Of a stretch of DNA of 64,000 bases, positions 31,727-41,935 are shown piece by piece; the stretch's first letter is position 1; each line of letters begins with the position of its first letter. The stretch spans positions 454,518-518,517 of the forward strand of contig JBGASG010000003.1 in assembly GCA_044229845.1 (NCBI GenBank), in the 5' to 3' direction. A program made the translations under genes and the position numbers. The DNA is from Candidatus Obscuribacteraceae bacterium (GTDB lineage: Bacteria > Cyanobacteriota > Vampirovibrionia > Obscuribacterales > Obscuribacteraceae). The notes beneath the pieces were generated by a model. It ran no database searches and had not been told where the DNA came from. It saw nothing but the letters and a program-made list of their open reading frames with translations.

Positions 31727-31750
31727 CGCGTAGTTCCGACGGTTTTCGCG
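31727..31750. repeat. 24-bp palindrome copy
   Basis: CGCGTAGTTC-CGAC-GGTTTTCGCG. Confidence 0.75.
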
Positions 31751-31823
31751 CGTCCAGTGTGCGCGGCAAGAAACCCTGCGGCTGCCTGCCAGCAACCCAA
31801 AATCCGCCAATTTTCTTGCTATT

Positions 31824-34184
31824 CTAGCTGTCTTGGTCGGAACCCTGCTCAGCGTAAGCGCCATCGTATACGGTGCCGCTGGTCGAATTCAGATCTTCGC
31901 GCTCGAACTCGTCGTGATGCTCCGTTTGATGTTCACCAAAAGGCAGGTCGAGTTGTCGCGCTTCCGATGAGACAGCTTGAGCGCTGCTCTCTTCAGCGGC
32001 TTCGCCCGAGTGGTCCCGGGATTCATCTGAACCTTCTTCCGTGTGCTCCTGCGAGAACGGAACAGGAAAGTTCAAAGTGCCCTGTTCCACAGACGGCTGC
32101 CCTTCTTCAGCCGTGCCACCGTGTCCAGTACCATGTCCGTAAGGTTGATTTTCCTCAGCATATTCGGCGGCTTGCGACTGCGCGTCGAATTCGTAGGGAG
32201 CATGCATCGGGCTGGAGGACTTGGCCTTCAGCCGGTAGACACCAGTTACAGGATCGATCTCAGTCTCAAATGGGCTTTCCGTCATCGGCGGCTCTTCCGG
32301 CACCGGTTCGCCATGAACCGGCTCCTCGGTTTCCGTCGCCGCTGTCGACTGGAAAGGCTCGGCATTTTCAGCCACCGGCTCGGCAAAATCGGTGCCATGG
32401 TCCTGCCCATTGGCGCTGTGCTGCAACACGTCCGAACCTTCGTCTTCTTCGAATTCGCTTTCGTCGGCACCGTATCTGCCCGACCGCGAACTTGCAGCCG
32501 GCGCCGCATCCGGGGTCGCCTCTTCTTCGTCGTCAAGGTCAACTTCATTCAAATGCGCTGATGCCTGAAAGCGAGCACGGGCGCCAAAGCGACCGGACGC
32601 CGAACCGGATTTTTCTTCGGCGACTTCGACGTCGGCTTCGAATTCCTCACCGGCATCCGTCTCGGCATCGTCTTCATCGTCAAGATTCAGACGGCCTGAT
32701 TTGAAGCTCGTCTTGGCGTACTGTGACTTTTTTCCTTGGTCTGGCAGCAAATCCTCCGGAACTTGCTGGAGGATCTCTTCCGGCACATCAAGGTGCTCTT
32801 CTTCGGGTTCCTCCGGAGCATCGACCAGAATCGGTTTCACTCGTCCAGAGCCGGCGCTGACAGCTCGCAATGCACCCGCCTGCTGGCGTCCGCCACGACC
32901 GCCGCGTCCCTGCGCGCGAGCCTTAGCGACCAGGTCTTCATCTTTGGGACGCACTGAAAGCGTCCGTTTGAAGTCGCCGGATCCAAGCTCCAGGTGCGGC
33001 ACTACACCCAGACCGGAACAGGTCGTGCAGTGAGCAGTGAACAGTTCACGCAAACTCTGTCCCTGACGCCGGCGCGTCAGTTCCACCAGACCCAGATCGG
33101 ACAGTTGCCCGATCTGCGGCTTGGCACGGTCGTCTTCCAGCGCCCGCTGGAAAACTTCCAGAACTTGTTGCTGGTCGCGACGCGAGTCCATATCGATAAA
33201 GTCGACAATTACCATGCCGCCGATGTTGCGCAGACGCAATTGACGCGGAATTTCGTTGGCGGCTTCCAGGTTCGTGCGACGCACAGTTTCAGCCTGGGTA
33301 CGCGAACTGGTGAAGCGTCCAGAGTTGACGTCGATGACCGTCAGTGCTTCCGTGGGCTGCACGTTTAGGTGACCGCCGGACGGCAGTTCCACCCGATCGG
33401 AGAGCGCGCCTTCGATCTCGCGGTCGATGGCCCGTGATACCAGAAGCGGTTCCTCACCCATGTGTTGCAGCACCTTGGTGGTGCGACCCGCCCACCCGGA
33501 CATGTAGTCCTGGGCGCGCTTTTGACCATCGGCGGAATCGACGATGATTTCAGCGATGTCGGTGGAGTATGCATCGCGGATGACGCGATAGAGAAGGTCT
33601 TGATCGCGGTAGATAAGCGTCGGTCCAATGGAGGCTTCTCCATCGGAAACGATAGTCTGCCAGCGATCCCAGAGGGTTTCGAAGTCTTCAAAAAGCGTTT
33701 CTTCAGATTGGCTCTTGGCCTCTGTGCGGATAATTAGACCGACGCCCGGGGGCTTCATCAGGTTGACCACGGCTTTCAAGCGAGCTCTTTCTTTAGCTTC
33801 GCTGATGCGGCGCGAAATGGAAACGCCGCGCTCTTCCGGCACCAGAACCAGGAAGCGTCCCGGTAATGAAACGGCGGTCGAGACGCGCGGTCCCTTGTGT
33901 CCGGTAGGCTCTTTGGTGATTTGCACGAGCAGTTTCTGTTTAGGCACCAGGCGCTCTTTCAGAGGTCCAGTACCGGGCACGTCATTAGCGTGCAAGAAAC
34001 CCATTTTGTCTTTGCCGAGATTGACGAACGCTGCGTCGATGCCAGGCAGAATGTTTTCCACCGTCGCCGTGTAGATGTCGCCCAGGAGCAACTCTCCGCG
34101 GTTGACGAAGAACTCGACAGCGCGATCGTTCTCCATGAGAACAGCGATATTGTCGAGTTCTGATATGAGTAGTGTTTTCTTCAT
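31824..34184 (-). CDS. rne: ribonuclease E/G with long acidic C-terminal tail
   Basis: GIDAAFVN, KEPTGHKGPR, TVIDVNSG, IGGMVIVDFIDM, CTTCSGLG. Confidence 0.96.
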   Translation of the reverse strand: MKKTLLISELDNIAVLMENDRAVEFFVNRGELLLGDIYTATVENILPGIDAAFVNLGKDKMGFLHANDVPGTGPLKERLVPKQKLLVQITKEPTGHKGPRVSTAVSLPGRFLVLVPEERGVSISRRISEAKERARLKAVVNLMKPPGVGLIIRTEAKSQSEETLFEDFETLWDRWQTIVSDGEASIGPTLIYRDQDLLYRVIRDAYSTDIAEIIVDSADGQKRAQDYMSGWAGRTTKVLQHMGEEPLLVSRAIDREIEGALSDRVELPSGGHLNVQPTEALTVIDVNSGRFTSSRTQAETVRRTNLEAANEIPRQLRLRNIGGMVIVDFIDMDSRRDQQQVLEVFQRALEDDRAKPQIGQLSDLGLVELTRRRQGQSLRELFTAHCTTCSGLGVVPHLELGSGDFKRTLSVRPKDEDLVAKARAQGRGGRGGRQQAGALRAVSAGSGRVKPILVDAPEEPEEEHLDVPEEILQQVPEDLLPDQGKKSQYAKTSFKSGRLNLDDEDDAETDAGEEFEADVEVAEEKSGSASGRFGARARFQASAHLNEVDLDDEEEATPDAAPAASSRSGRYGADESEFEEDEGSDVLQHSANGQDHGTDFAEPVAENAEPFQSTAATETEEPVHGEPVPEEPPMTESPFETEIDPVTGVYRLKAKSSSPMHAPYEFDAQSQAAEYAEENQPYGHGTGHGGTAEEGQPSVEQGTLNFPVPFSQEHTEEGSDESRDHSGEAAEESSAQAVSSEARQLDLPFGEHQTEHHDEFEREDLNSTSGTVYDGAYAEQGSDQDS

Positions 34185-34199
34185 AAGTAGTCCTTCGAT

Positions 34200-37100
34200 C
34201 TATTTTTCAATGGTTGAAGAAGGCTCAACCCGCTCTTCAAAGAGTTGGGAGCCATCCTCAGTAAGGAGCGCGACGCGAGCCAGGCGCCAGTCCGCGGATT
34301 CACAGAGAAGCTTGAGTATGTCCGTTGGCTTCACGTGCATGCGAGGTCCGTGCGCAATAACCAGCTCCACCACAGGTGGTGGTAGCGTCGTCGGGTCAGT
34401 ATCGTTTGTTGTCTTTTCATCTAATACTTGAATGGCGAAGATGCCAGGGCGAATGTCACGCACGGCAGGCTTTTCGCTGCTATCCGCATCATTCGTCCGC
34501 GCTTTCTTGCCACTTGAACTTTTCTTACCTTTGCCGGGGGCAACAGCCACCTCGATGCAATCGTGCGTAAGCAGTTCAGAAACTTTCTTGCGTAGTTCAT
34601 CGGCACTTACCTCAGCCGCCGGAGCAGATGGCGTCTGGATCGAGGCTCGATAAACGGCTTTGCTGACCGCACCTTCAAGCGATCCGCTTTTTCTTTCAAC
34701 TGGTCGTGCACGCATGATTTGAATTTCCGGCGGCAATTGCCGGTTCATGCGTTCAACGAATTCTTCGGCAGTAAGTGGATCGCACAGGTCCACTTCGCCG
34801 ACTTCCGCAAGTCCTTCGCAGTACAGCGATAACGACAGCGCCAGATTCAACTTCGGGCTGGGATTAAAGCCCTCGGTGTACGCCAGATTGATTCTGGCTC
34901 GGCGCGCTGCCCGCTGGAATAAGTGCAACAGGTCGAGATGGCCGATAAACTTCAATTCGGCGATTTTTTGAAACTCGAACCTGAGCCTGGTTGCCGCCTG
35001 CGTTGGCGGCGGCGGTGGCGGTTCCGAAACAAACAGCGAGGGATGGCTGTCGTCTTCATCCGTCACCACAGTGACATTCAATTCTTTGACGAAAGGATTT
35101 TTCTTCATCACCTCTGGATTGGGTTTCGCCAGAGCATGCGTAGTATCAAGTTCGGTGCACACGCCACAGGCGTGGCAGGTATTTTCCGTACAGTTGCCGG
35201 TTTCTTTTTCGGCAATTGCCTTCTTCCACTCGTTCACCAGCCACCAGTCCATGAGCCCGATGTGCACTACATCCCAGGGCTGGCGCGAGCCGACTTCCCG
35301 ATCTTCACAGGAGAGAGCTTCGAGCGTGGTGCCCTGCTGCTGCGCCATCTGGTGCCAAACCTTCGCCTGAAAGCGTTCGTCCCAGGCATCGAAAACCGCG
35401 CCGGCTCTGTAGGCATCCAGTATCATGCGACCGACCAGATGTCGATCGCCGCGAGAAATGACCGACTCCAGAAGCGAAATTTCCGGATGGGTGAAATTAA
35501 TTTGTACGTTGCGCAGGCGCGACTCTTTCAAGCATTCTCGCAGATACGCTTGCCGACGCGCGATTTCCGCAGGTTTTACCTGTGCAAACCACTGGAACGG
35601 CGTGAAAGGCTTCGGTACGAAATTCGATAACGTGCAGGTTACTTCCAGATCTTTTTTGGGAGCTGTGGCGGGATTTTCGCGGCGAATCTGGCGACACTTT
35701 TCAGTGGCCTCTTTCAAGATATCGATGATGCCTTGCAAATCGGCATCCTCTTCGGTGGGCAATCCCATCATGAAATAGAGTTTGACGCCCGGCCAGCCGG
35801 ATGCGTACGCAGCGGTGATGGCATTGATAATTTGTTCGTGCCGCAAACCTTTGTTGATCACAGCGCGCAGGCGCTCCGTGCCGGCCTCCGGTGCCAGCGT
35901 GATACCACTTTTGCGCACCGCCTTCAGTTCATCGGCCACATCGAAGTTCATGCGGTCGGCGCGCTGGCTGGGAAACGACATCGACGCTCGCCGACTGGTG
36001 TGCTCGCGATTGAGGGCGCGAACGCTTTCATGCAAAGTCGTGTAGTCGCTAACGCACAACGATAGTAGCGAATACTCCTGATAGCCACTCTGGTCAAGTG
36101 CCTGCTTGCTCAAGTCGAGCAGGTCTTTGGTAGACCTCTCGCGCACCGGCAAAAATGTATAGCCGGGTTGGCAGAAGCGGCAGCCGCGATCGCAACCGCG
36201 CCGTACTTCCAGGACCTGCCGATCATGAACGGTAGCCAAATAGGGCACGATGCCCTGGGTCGGCTGATTCTCATTATTCAGTGGTTCTACCTGGCGCAAA
36301 ACGCGCGCGGGCAACCCTTCGAAGCGGGGCACTGGCTGCGGCTGGTCCGTCAAGACCTCGTAGAGGCTGGGCACGTAGACGCCCGGCACCTCGGTTGCCA
36401 ACCGCATCAACAACTCATCTCGCAAATTCTGTCGTTTTTCGCGCGTTGAGTCGTCGAGCGAGCCGGCGCCCTGTCGAGCAGCCGCCGCGTCCAATTCCGC
36501 CAGCAAATCCGCATGTTGTCGCTTAAATGCTGCCACCGCATCCATCACCGCCGGCACTGCACTCTCACCATCTCCAATGATGAAGAAATCCATGAAAAGT
36601 GCCATCGGCTCCGGATTAACCGATGCCGGTCCGCCGCCAAAGATGAGCGGAAATATGTTCGTGCGCTCCGACTGCAGGAGCGGAACGCCTGACATATCCA
36701 GAATATTCAGGACATTGGTGTAGGTCAGTTCGTACGCCAGCGAGAAACCCAATAGCTCGAATGCCGTAATCGGTTGTCGACTTTCCCAGCCCCAGAGAGG
36801 CAGCTGACGCGCCCGGACCAGCTCTTCCATATCGGATGCCAGAGCGTAAGTGCGGTCGGCCATCAGGTGCGGCCGCGAGTTAACCAGCTGATAAAGAATT
36901 CGCAACCCAAAGTTGGACATGCCCAGTTCGTACAAATCAGGAAACGCCAGACAGAGCCTGGCTTCCGCCTGCCCGAAGTCTTTGTTTTGCGCACCCCACT
37001 CATTGCCCAGATACTGTCCGGGACGGTTGACGAGGTACAGCAGCTCATCGGTGAGCAGGCGCGAGAAAGTGTCTAGGCTTTCGCGACTTGACTCTGTGGT

Positions 37101-37271
37101 CTGACCAGCCGAGTGGTCGGGACGATTGGTTAGGGACTTAGTGATGGTTCCGCTCCCAGAGGATCGCACCTGCAAGCGCGGTGCAAAAGTCGGATAAACC
37201 TGCGGATGCGTTTCCTGTCCGGAGAAATCACTCGTTGTCTGCGAGGCTAAGCGCTTGGTGCGCTTTTGCAA
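34200..37271 (-). CDS. TIGR03960-type B12-binding radical SAM fused to TIGR03936 radical-SAM-linked domain; start uncertain
   Basis: PDLYELGMSN, RGCDRGCRFC, FVPKPFTPFQW, GHLDL..YTEGFNPSP; upstream of rne as in cyanobacteria. Confidence 0.9.
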   Translation of the reverse strand: MQKRTKRLASQTTSDFSGQETHPQVYPTFAPRLQVRSSGSGTITKSLTNRPDHSAGQTTESSRESLDTFSRLLTDELLYLVNRPGQYLGNEWGAQNKDFGQAEARLCLAFPDLYELGMSNFGLRILYQLVNSRPHLMADRTYALASDMEELVRARQLPLWGWESRQPITAFELLGFSLAYELTYTNVLNILDMSGVPLLQSERTNIFPLIFGGGPASVNPEPMALFMDFFIIGDGESAVPAVMDAVAAFKRQHADLLAELDAAAARQGAGSLDDSTREKRQNLRDELLMRLATEVPGVYVPSLYEVLTDQPQPVPRFEGLPARVLRQVEPLNNENQPTQGIVPYLATVHDRQVLEVRRGCDRGCRFCQPGYTFLPVRERSTKDLLDLSKQALDQSGYQEYSLLSLCVSDYTTLHESVRALNREHTSRRASMSFPSQRADRMNFDVADELKAVRKSGITLAPEAGTERLRAVINKGLRHEQIINAITAAYASGWPGVKLYFMMGLPTEEDADLQGIIDILKEATEKCRQIRRENPATAPKKDLEVTCTLSNFVPKPFTPFQWFAQVKPAEIARRQAYLRECLKESRLRNVQINFTHPEISLLESVISRGDRHLVGRMILDAYRAGAVFDAWDERFQAKVWHQMAQQQGTTLEALSCEDREVGSRQPWDVVHIGLMDWWLVNEWKKAIAEKETGNCTENTCHACGVCTELDTTHALAKPNPEVMKKNPFVKELNVTVVTDEDDSHPSLFVSEPPPPPPTQAATRLRFEFQKIAELKFIGHLDLLHLFQRAARRARINLAYTEGFNPSPKLNLALSLSLYCEGLAEVGEVDLCDPLTAEEFVERMNRQLPPEIQIMRARPVERKSGSLEGAVSKAVYRASIQTPSAPAAEVSADELRKKVSELLTHDCIEVAVAPGKGKKSSSGKKARTNDADSSEKPAVRDIRPGIFAIQVLDEKTTNDTDPTTLPPPVVELVIAHGPRMHVKPTDILKLLCESADWRLARVALLTEDGSQLFEERVEPSSTIEK
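36420..36443. repeat. degenerate palindrome copy inside radical SAM CDS
   Basis: TCGCAAATTC-TGTC-GTTTTTCGCG. Confidence 0.5.
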
Positions 37272-37683
37272 TGAGTTACTCGGACAAAAAACTTTCCTGG
37301 TGCAGCCAGGGCACTTCCTGTACTGCTCAGCAACAGTTGAGATATTTCAGCATCTGTCGCTATTGGCTTCACGGTTGACAGCGCAACTGGAGCCGTACAG
37401 TCAATTTTACAATATCTTGGGGGAAGTTCCATCGAAGCCCTATGCCGCTTGGCAACTTGTGATATATTCTTCCTAGTAGCTGAGATTTGCGTTCGTTCGG
37501 TGCAAGTGCTGAACAAGCGCATTTTTTGTCGAAAAAACTTTTCAGTGCCGATCTTGATTTGCAATGTTATTTTTCTAACATCTGTGATTGGGAAACTCGA
37601 AAACTTTCAGGGCAGTCTGTTTATTCAACGGCACCGGCACCGATAACCATCCCGGAACCGCACCACAAAGAAAGGACAAGATT

Positions 37684-38040
37684 TTGATTCTCGAGGCGTT
37701 CGCCAAGTACTTGCACGATGCAGAGGCGTCATTGCCCGCGTCGTCAGTTCTGGCGCGCTGGCTCTGGGAACGGCTAACGCTGCCGGCAGAAACCGCCGTG
37801 GACAAAGTCCTGCGGACAGAAATCGAGATAGAAATCGCGCAACCCCGTCGCAAACGGGTTGGACGTCCGACCGAAGCCCCCGATACCCCGAACTTCGTAT
37901 TCAGCGCTTCTTCAGAAAGTGGCAAACGGCTATTGAAATCGCTCTACGAGTATGCGATGAGTTACGAGCAACAGAAGTGGGCGCGTTGGGTGCATCGCGT
38001 CAAAGCCAGTGACTTCAATCAGCCCTACAAACAAGACTGA
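37684..38040 (+). CDS. hypothetical protein
   Basis: ORF with AAGGA RBS before TTG; globular-looking sequence. Confidence 0.65.
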   Translation: MILEAFAKYLHDAEASLPASSVLARWLWERLTLPAETAVDKVLRTEIEIEIAQPRRKRVGRPTEAPDTPNFVFSASSESGKRLLKSLYEYAMSYEQQKWARWVHRVKASDFNQPYKQD

Positions 38041-38101
38041 TCAAATCCTCAACTGGTCCTTCTTGCTGATAACCTTAGGGTGTCTCGATCGGGAAGCGAC
38101 C

Positions 38102-38632
38102 ATGCAAAATTCGTATCTCAAAATTATCATCACAGGCGCACTGCTGGCAGCTTTCCTGATGGCCCCGGTCAGTGTGCCGTTGGATTGCGGCGATTCGCGT
38201 GCCGCAGATAACTTGCGCTTGCGAGACGGAATTTCGTACTTCCATGACCTAGATCAAGGCTTCCCGATCGTTGCCGATAACCTCGATGACGTCGCCATGC
38301 CCCAAGGCAGACCTGCGTTTCTATTCTTCGGCGCACCAGGCGATCTCAACTGCAATCGCCAGGCCAAGCGGGTAGTCGACCTCTACAAAAAATACAAAAC
38401 CACCCAGTTGAAGTTCATATTGATCAACGTAGACGAACCGCCCAACGACGCAGCCCGACAACTAATCAAAAAACATTACTCGGGCTATATTCCTACCGAA
38501 CTTTTCTTCGACAGCACCGGAAAACAGGCCTGGACACACGCAGGTGAAGTCGAATTTCACACGCTTTCCGCGCAGGCCGAAAAGGTCGCCGGGACGCCTC
38601 CGCCCGCTACTGCGGACAACAAGCAAAATTAA
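38102..38632 (+). CDS. exported thioredoxin-fold protein lacking CxxC (Slr1796-like)
   Basis: Signal peptide; RPAFLFF...DLNC, FILINVD, GYIPTELFFDSTG. Confidence 0.75.
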   Translation: MQNSYLKIIITGALLAAFLMAPVSVPLDCGDSRAADNLRLRDGISYFHDLDQGFPIVADNLDDVAMPQGRPAFLFFGAPGDLNCNRQAKRVVDLYKKYKTTQLKFILINVDEPPNDAARQLIKKHYSGYIPTELFFDSTGKQAWTHAGEVEFHTLSAQAEKVAGTPPPATADNKQN

Positions 38633-38635
38633 ACA

Positions 38636-38659
38636 CGCGAAAAACGTCAGCGATTCGCA
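38636..38659. repeat. 24-bp palindrome copy
   Basis: CGCGAAAAAC-GTCA-GCGATTCGCA. Confidence 0.8.
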
Positions 38660-38668
38660 GCCCGGTTT

Positions 38669-39511
38669 CTAGTGTCCTAGCACCGCCACCCGAGCCTGCA
38701 ACCCCCGCACCACATCCAGTGGCACCAGGACCGTACCAATCGCGGCAGGGTACTCATTGTACGCCCCGTGGCAGTCGGAACCGCCACTGACGACCAGATC
38801 ACTTTGAGCAGCCACATGCAGCAAGCGCCGCACGGTCGCCAGATCATGCCCGCGATGATACGCCTCGAGAGCGCATAATCCCAGGGGTTTCAACTCTTCT
38901 ATCAAAGGCACCAGCGCCTCTTCTTTTCCTGGATGGGCAATGGATGTGACGGACCCCGCCCTGGACAGGACTTCGACCGCTTCCTGAGGGCGCACCGAGC
39001 GCCTCTCGACATAATAAGGCGAGGTGCGTGTCATGAATTTTTCCCAGGCGGCGTCCACATCGTCCGCGCCACCAGCCTCCACAATTGCCCGGATAATATG
39101 GGGTCGGCCCACCGAACCGCGTCCGGCATGCCGCTGCACCTGCTCGAAAGTGAGCTCCACACCAGCGGCACGCACGCTCTCGATGGTGTCGCTGACGAAG
39201 TCCAGCCGCGCATTTCTCTGACGTGCCAGCAAGTCTTGCAAGGATTTATTCCCGGCATCGAAATAGTAGCCGAGCAGGTGAACGTCCGTAACTGAACCAT
39301 CGGGCCGCGTCCAGACGGTATTGATCTCCACGCCGGTGATTACTTCCAGCCGGCCGCCAGCTGCGGCGCGCGCTTCATCGACGGCGGCGGTGGTATCGTG
39401 ATCGGTGACGGCGATATGCGAGAGCTGCAACTGCACCGCTCGTTCCACCAGGTCTGCCGGCAACCAGCTGCCGTCGGAGTGCACCGTATGCAAATGCAAA
39501 TCGACACTCAT
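38669..39511 (-). CDS. PHP-domain phosphoesterase (TrpH/YciV-like)
   Basis: DLHLHTVHSDG, TDHDT, GRPH, AHP, GGSDCHG. Confidence 0.92.
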   Translation of the reverse strand: MSVDLHLHTVHSDGSWLPADLVERAVQLQLSHIAVTDHDTTAAVDEARAAAGGRLEVITGVEINTVWTRPDGSVTDVHLLGYYFDAGNKSLQDLLARQRNARLDFVSDTIESVRAAGVELTFEQVQRHAGRGSVGRPHIIRAIVEAGGADDVDAAWEKFMTRTSPYYVERRSVRPQEAVEVLSRAGSVTSIAHPGKEEALVPLIEELKPLGLCALEAYHRGHDLATVRRLLHVAAQSDLVVSGGSDCHGAYNEYPAAIGTVLVPLDVVRGLQARVAVLGH

Positions 39512-40302
39512 GACTCGCCGACCTCCGAGTAGAACACACGCTCGATGGCAGTTGCTTTGCCGCTCTCTGTGTTGACCGTAACGATGCAACCAGTGGCGTT
39601 TGCCGGACCTTCCGCTACTTCGAAACGGGAGGGCAGCTGCTCGATTATTCTTCTTTTTACACCTTCGAAACTCATGCCGATGATACTGTTGGCAGTGGCA
39701 CAGCAGCCGGCATCGGTGAGAAACGCCGTGCCCTTGGGCAGAATTCTCTCGTCGGCGGTTTGCACATGGGTGTGGGTGCCGACCACGGCCGAGACCCGTC
39801 CATCGAGATAGGCTCCCATAGCCGCTTTCTCCGCGGTGGCCTCTGCATGGAAATCCACAAAGATGATCTTGGTTTCTTTCGAGAGTTCCGCCACCGCCTC
39901 ATCTGCCACCAGGAACGGTGACTGCAGCGGCTCCATAAATACGCGCCCGAGCACGCTCAGGATGCCAACTTTCGTTCCATCCACATCGACGACGCACCAC
40001 CCCTTGCCGGCAGTTTTGGGCGGATAATTCGCCGGTCGCAAAACATGGTCGTAGTTGCCGATGAAGTCAAAAATCTCTTTGCGATCGAATGTGTGATTAC
40101 CACCGGTAAACACATGCACTCCGGCCTGTTTCAGCTCTTCAATGTGGCTTTCCTGGACGCCAAACCCATGCGCAGCGTTCTCGACATTAACAATTACGAG
40201 ATCCGCACCTTGTTTGTGTTTATCAAGATACTTTAGAACGGCGCGCCTGCCCGATTTGCCAACAATGTCGCCTAGAAAGAGAATCCTAATGCTCGGGCTC
40301 AT
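39508..40302 (-). CDS. ymdB: YmdB family (TIGR00282) metallophosphoesterase
   Basis: GDIVG, NVENAAHG, GNH, DFHAEAT, GTHTHV. Confidence 0.93.
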   Translation of the reverse strand: MSPSIRILFLGDIVGKSGRRAVLKYLDKHKQGADLVIVNVENAAHGFGVQESHIEELKQAGVHVFTGGNHTFDRKEIFDFIGNYDHVLRPANYPPKTAGKGWCVVDVDGTKVGILSVLGRVFMEPLQSPFLVADEAVAELSKETKIIFVDFHAEATAEKAAMGAYLDGRVSAVVGTHTHVQTADERILPKGTAFLTDAGCCATANSIIGMSFEGVKRRIIEQLPSRFEVAEGPANATGCIVTVNTESGKATAIERVFYSEVGES

Positions 40303-40351
40303 TCGATCCAGATACCGTAGAATGGATAGGGCTTGCTTTTCGGTGGGTGCC

Positions 40352-41083
40352 GTGCGCAATTCGCAGAATTATAGTCGAATGCTGACCACGCTGTTCGCGG
40401 CAGCGCACTTTGTTGCAAGCATTGGATCAGTTAGGGCCCAGGCGCCCCACACCAAGCCTGCCAAACAAAGCACCCCTGCGGCATTGGCGGCACCGGCTAC
40501 TCAATCCAAAGGCAAGCTGCCAATCGCGGCCGCCCAACAGTCGCCAGCGGCGAAACCTGTCGGCGCCTCCAATCCTGCGCCGACCAAGCAAGCTGCAGGC
40601 ACGAAACCCGCACCCACGGCAAATGTACCCCCGGCTGCTCCAGCCAAAGTCAGCGCCACTCCGCCGGCGTCCCATACAAAAAAGCCAGCTCGAGTTGGCA
40701 ATCAGCGTCTCGTGCCGCCGCCGCCCCCGTCAATACCGCTGGCTACTCTTTCAGGCGGCGCAACCAGCGCAATTCCCTCAAATTTCCAGTTTATGTCGAA
40801 GGATGCGCTGCAAAAACTGCAAGTCAAACTGAAAGACCAGGCCACCAGGGCGAAGACGCGCCTGGACGACCATCAAAAGCGCGTCCAGGAGCAGCGCGAA
40901 AAAATTGAACTTTACAGCAAGCTCCTGCAAGAAGGTGTGGTCAGTCGTCGCGACCTCGAAAATGCGCGAAACGACCTCGATGACCTGGAGGCGCGTACGC
41001 CCGATCTTGAAGAACAAGTTCTGCAGGCGACCAGCGATCTGAGCGCCATCAAAAAGTTTCTTCCAGCCGAGAAGCCGCAGTAG
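40352..41083 (+). CDS. exported Pro/Ala-rich protein with HlyD-like coiled-coil hairpin
   Basis: Signal-like N-terminus; KLLQEGVVSRRDLENA motif; start uncertain. Confidence 0.6.
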   Translation: MRNSQNYSRMLTTLFAAAHFVASIGSVRAQAPHTKPAKQSTPAALAAPATQSKGKLPIAAAQQSPAAKPVGASNPAPTKQAAGTKPAPTANVPPAAPAKVSATPPASHTKKPARVGNQRLVPPPPPSIPLATLSGGATSAIPSNFQFMSKDALQKLQVKLKDQATRAKTRLDDHQKRVQEQREKIELYSKLLQEGVVSRRDLENARNDLDDLEARTPDLEEQVLQATSDLSAIKKFLPAEKPQ

Positions 41084-41102
41084 CACAAGCTTTCAAGAAA
41101 CA

Positions 41103-41126
41103 CGCGAAAAAGCGCAGGACATCGCG
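41103..41126. repeat. 24-bp palindrome copy
   Basis: CGCGAAAAAG-CGCA-GGACATCGCG. Confidence 0.75.
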
Positions 41127-41174
41127 TACGTGCTGCAAACGCAATTGCACCGCGCATCAACCCATACAAACGGG

Positions 41175-41852
41175 TTACTTTGGTACAAATTTGTAGCCCA
41201 CACCCTGGACGTTGCGGATCAACGAGTCTTCGTCGGCACTGTCGATTTTCTTGCGCAATTTTTTGATGTAGCTGCGAATCACATCCGGTGAAGCATCGCT
41301 GTCATTTGACCAGACCCGGTCAATCAGAGCCTCCGGACTGAAAACTTGATTGGGATGCCGCATGAAGAACTCCAGCAGTGCAAATTCTTTGCGCGCCATT
41401 GGCACCTCGTCACCATTTCGCATCACGCGAAATGCAGCAGCATCCAGGACCAAATTTCCGATCTTAAGAGTAGATCCCGCAAAACTGTTGGCGGGACGCC
41501 GGAGTAAGGCGCGAATGCGCGCGGACAGTTCAGCCGGATGAAACGGTTTGGTCAGATAATCATCCGCACCACTGTCCAGCCCTTCGGTCTTTTCTTCAAT
41601 CGCAGATTTGCCGGTCAGCATCAAGATCGGTGTTACACCGCCGCGTCCCCGGAATTCCTTACAAATATCCAGTCCGCTCATACCTGGCAGTCCCCAGTCC
41701 ATGATCACAATGTCGTACTCATAAACCTTCAACCGATGCAGTCCCTCCTTGCCGTCGACGACTGCTTCGACCGTGTAGTTCTCCATGCGCAGCCAGTCCT
41801 GCATAGTCGCGGACATACTGACGTCATCTTCGATGATCAGAATCTTCTGCAT
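41175..41852 (-). CDS. OmpR-family response regulator
   Basis: ILIIEDD, MDWGLP, GADDYLTKPF, winged helix ending GVGY. Confidence 0.96.
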   Translation of the reverse strand: MQKILIIEDDVSMSATMQDWLRMENYTVEAVVDGKEGLHRLKVYEYDIVIMDWGLPGMSGLDICKEFRGRGGVTPILMLTGKSAIEEKTEGLDSGADDYLTKPFHPAELSARIRALLRRPANSFAGSTLKIGNLVLDAAAFRVMRNGDEVPMARKEFALLEFFMRHPNQVFSPEALIDRVWSNDSDASPDVIRSYIKKLRKKIDSADEDSLIRNVQGVGYKFVPK

Positions 41853-41935
41853 GAGAAAGCACCTTAAGGTCTATATACCCGGTTGAAAACCGTCGACATG
41901 AGGCATTTAACCTTGAGAGGTTCTCCCCGTACGGG

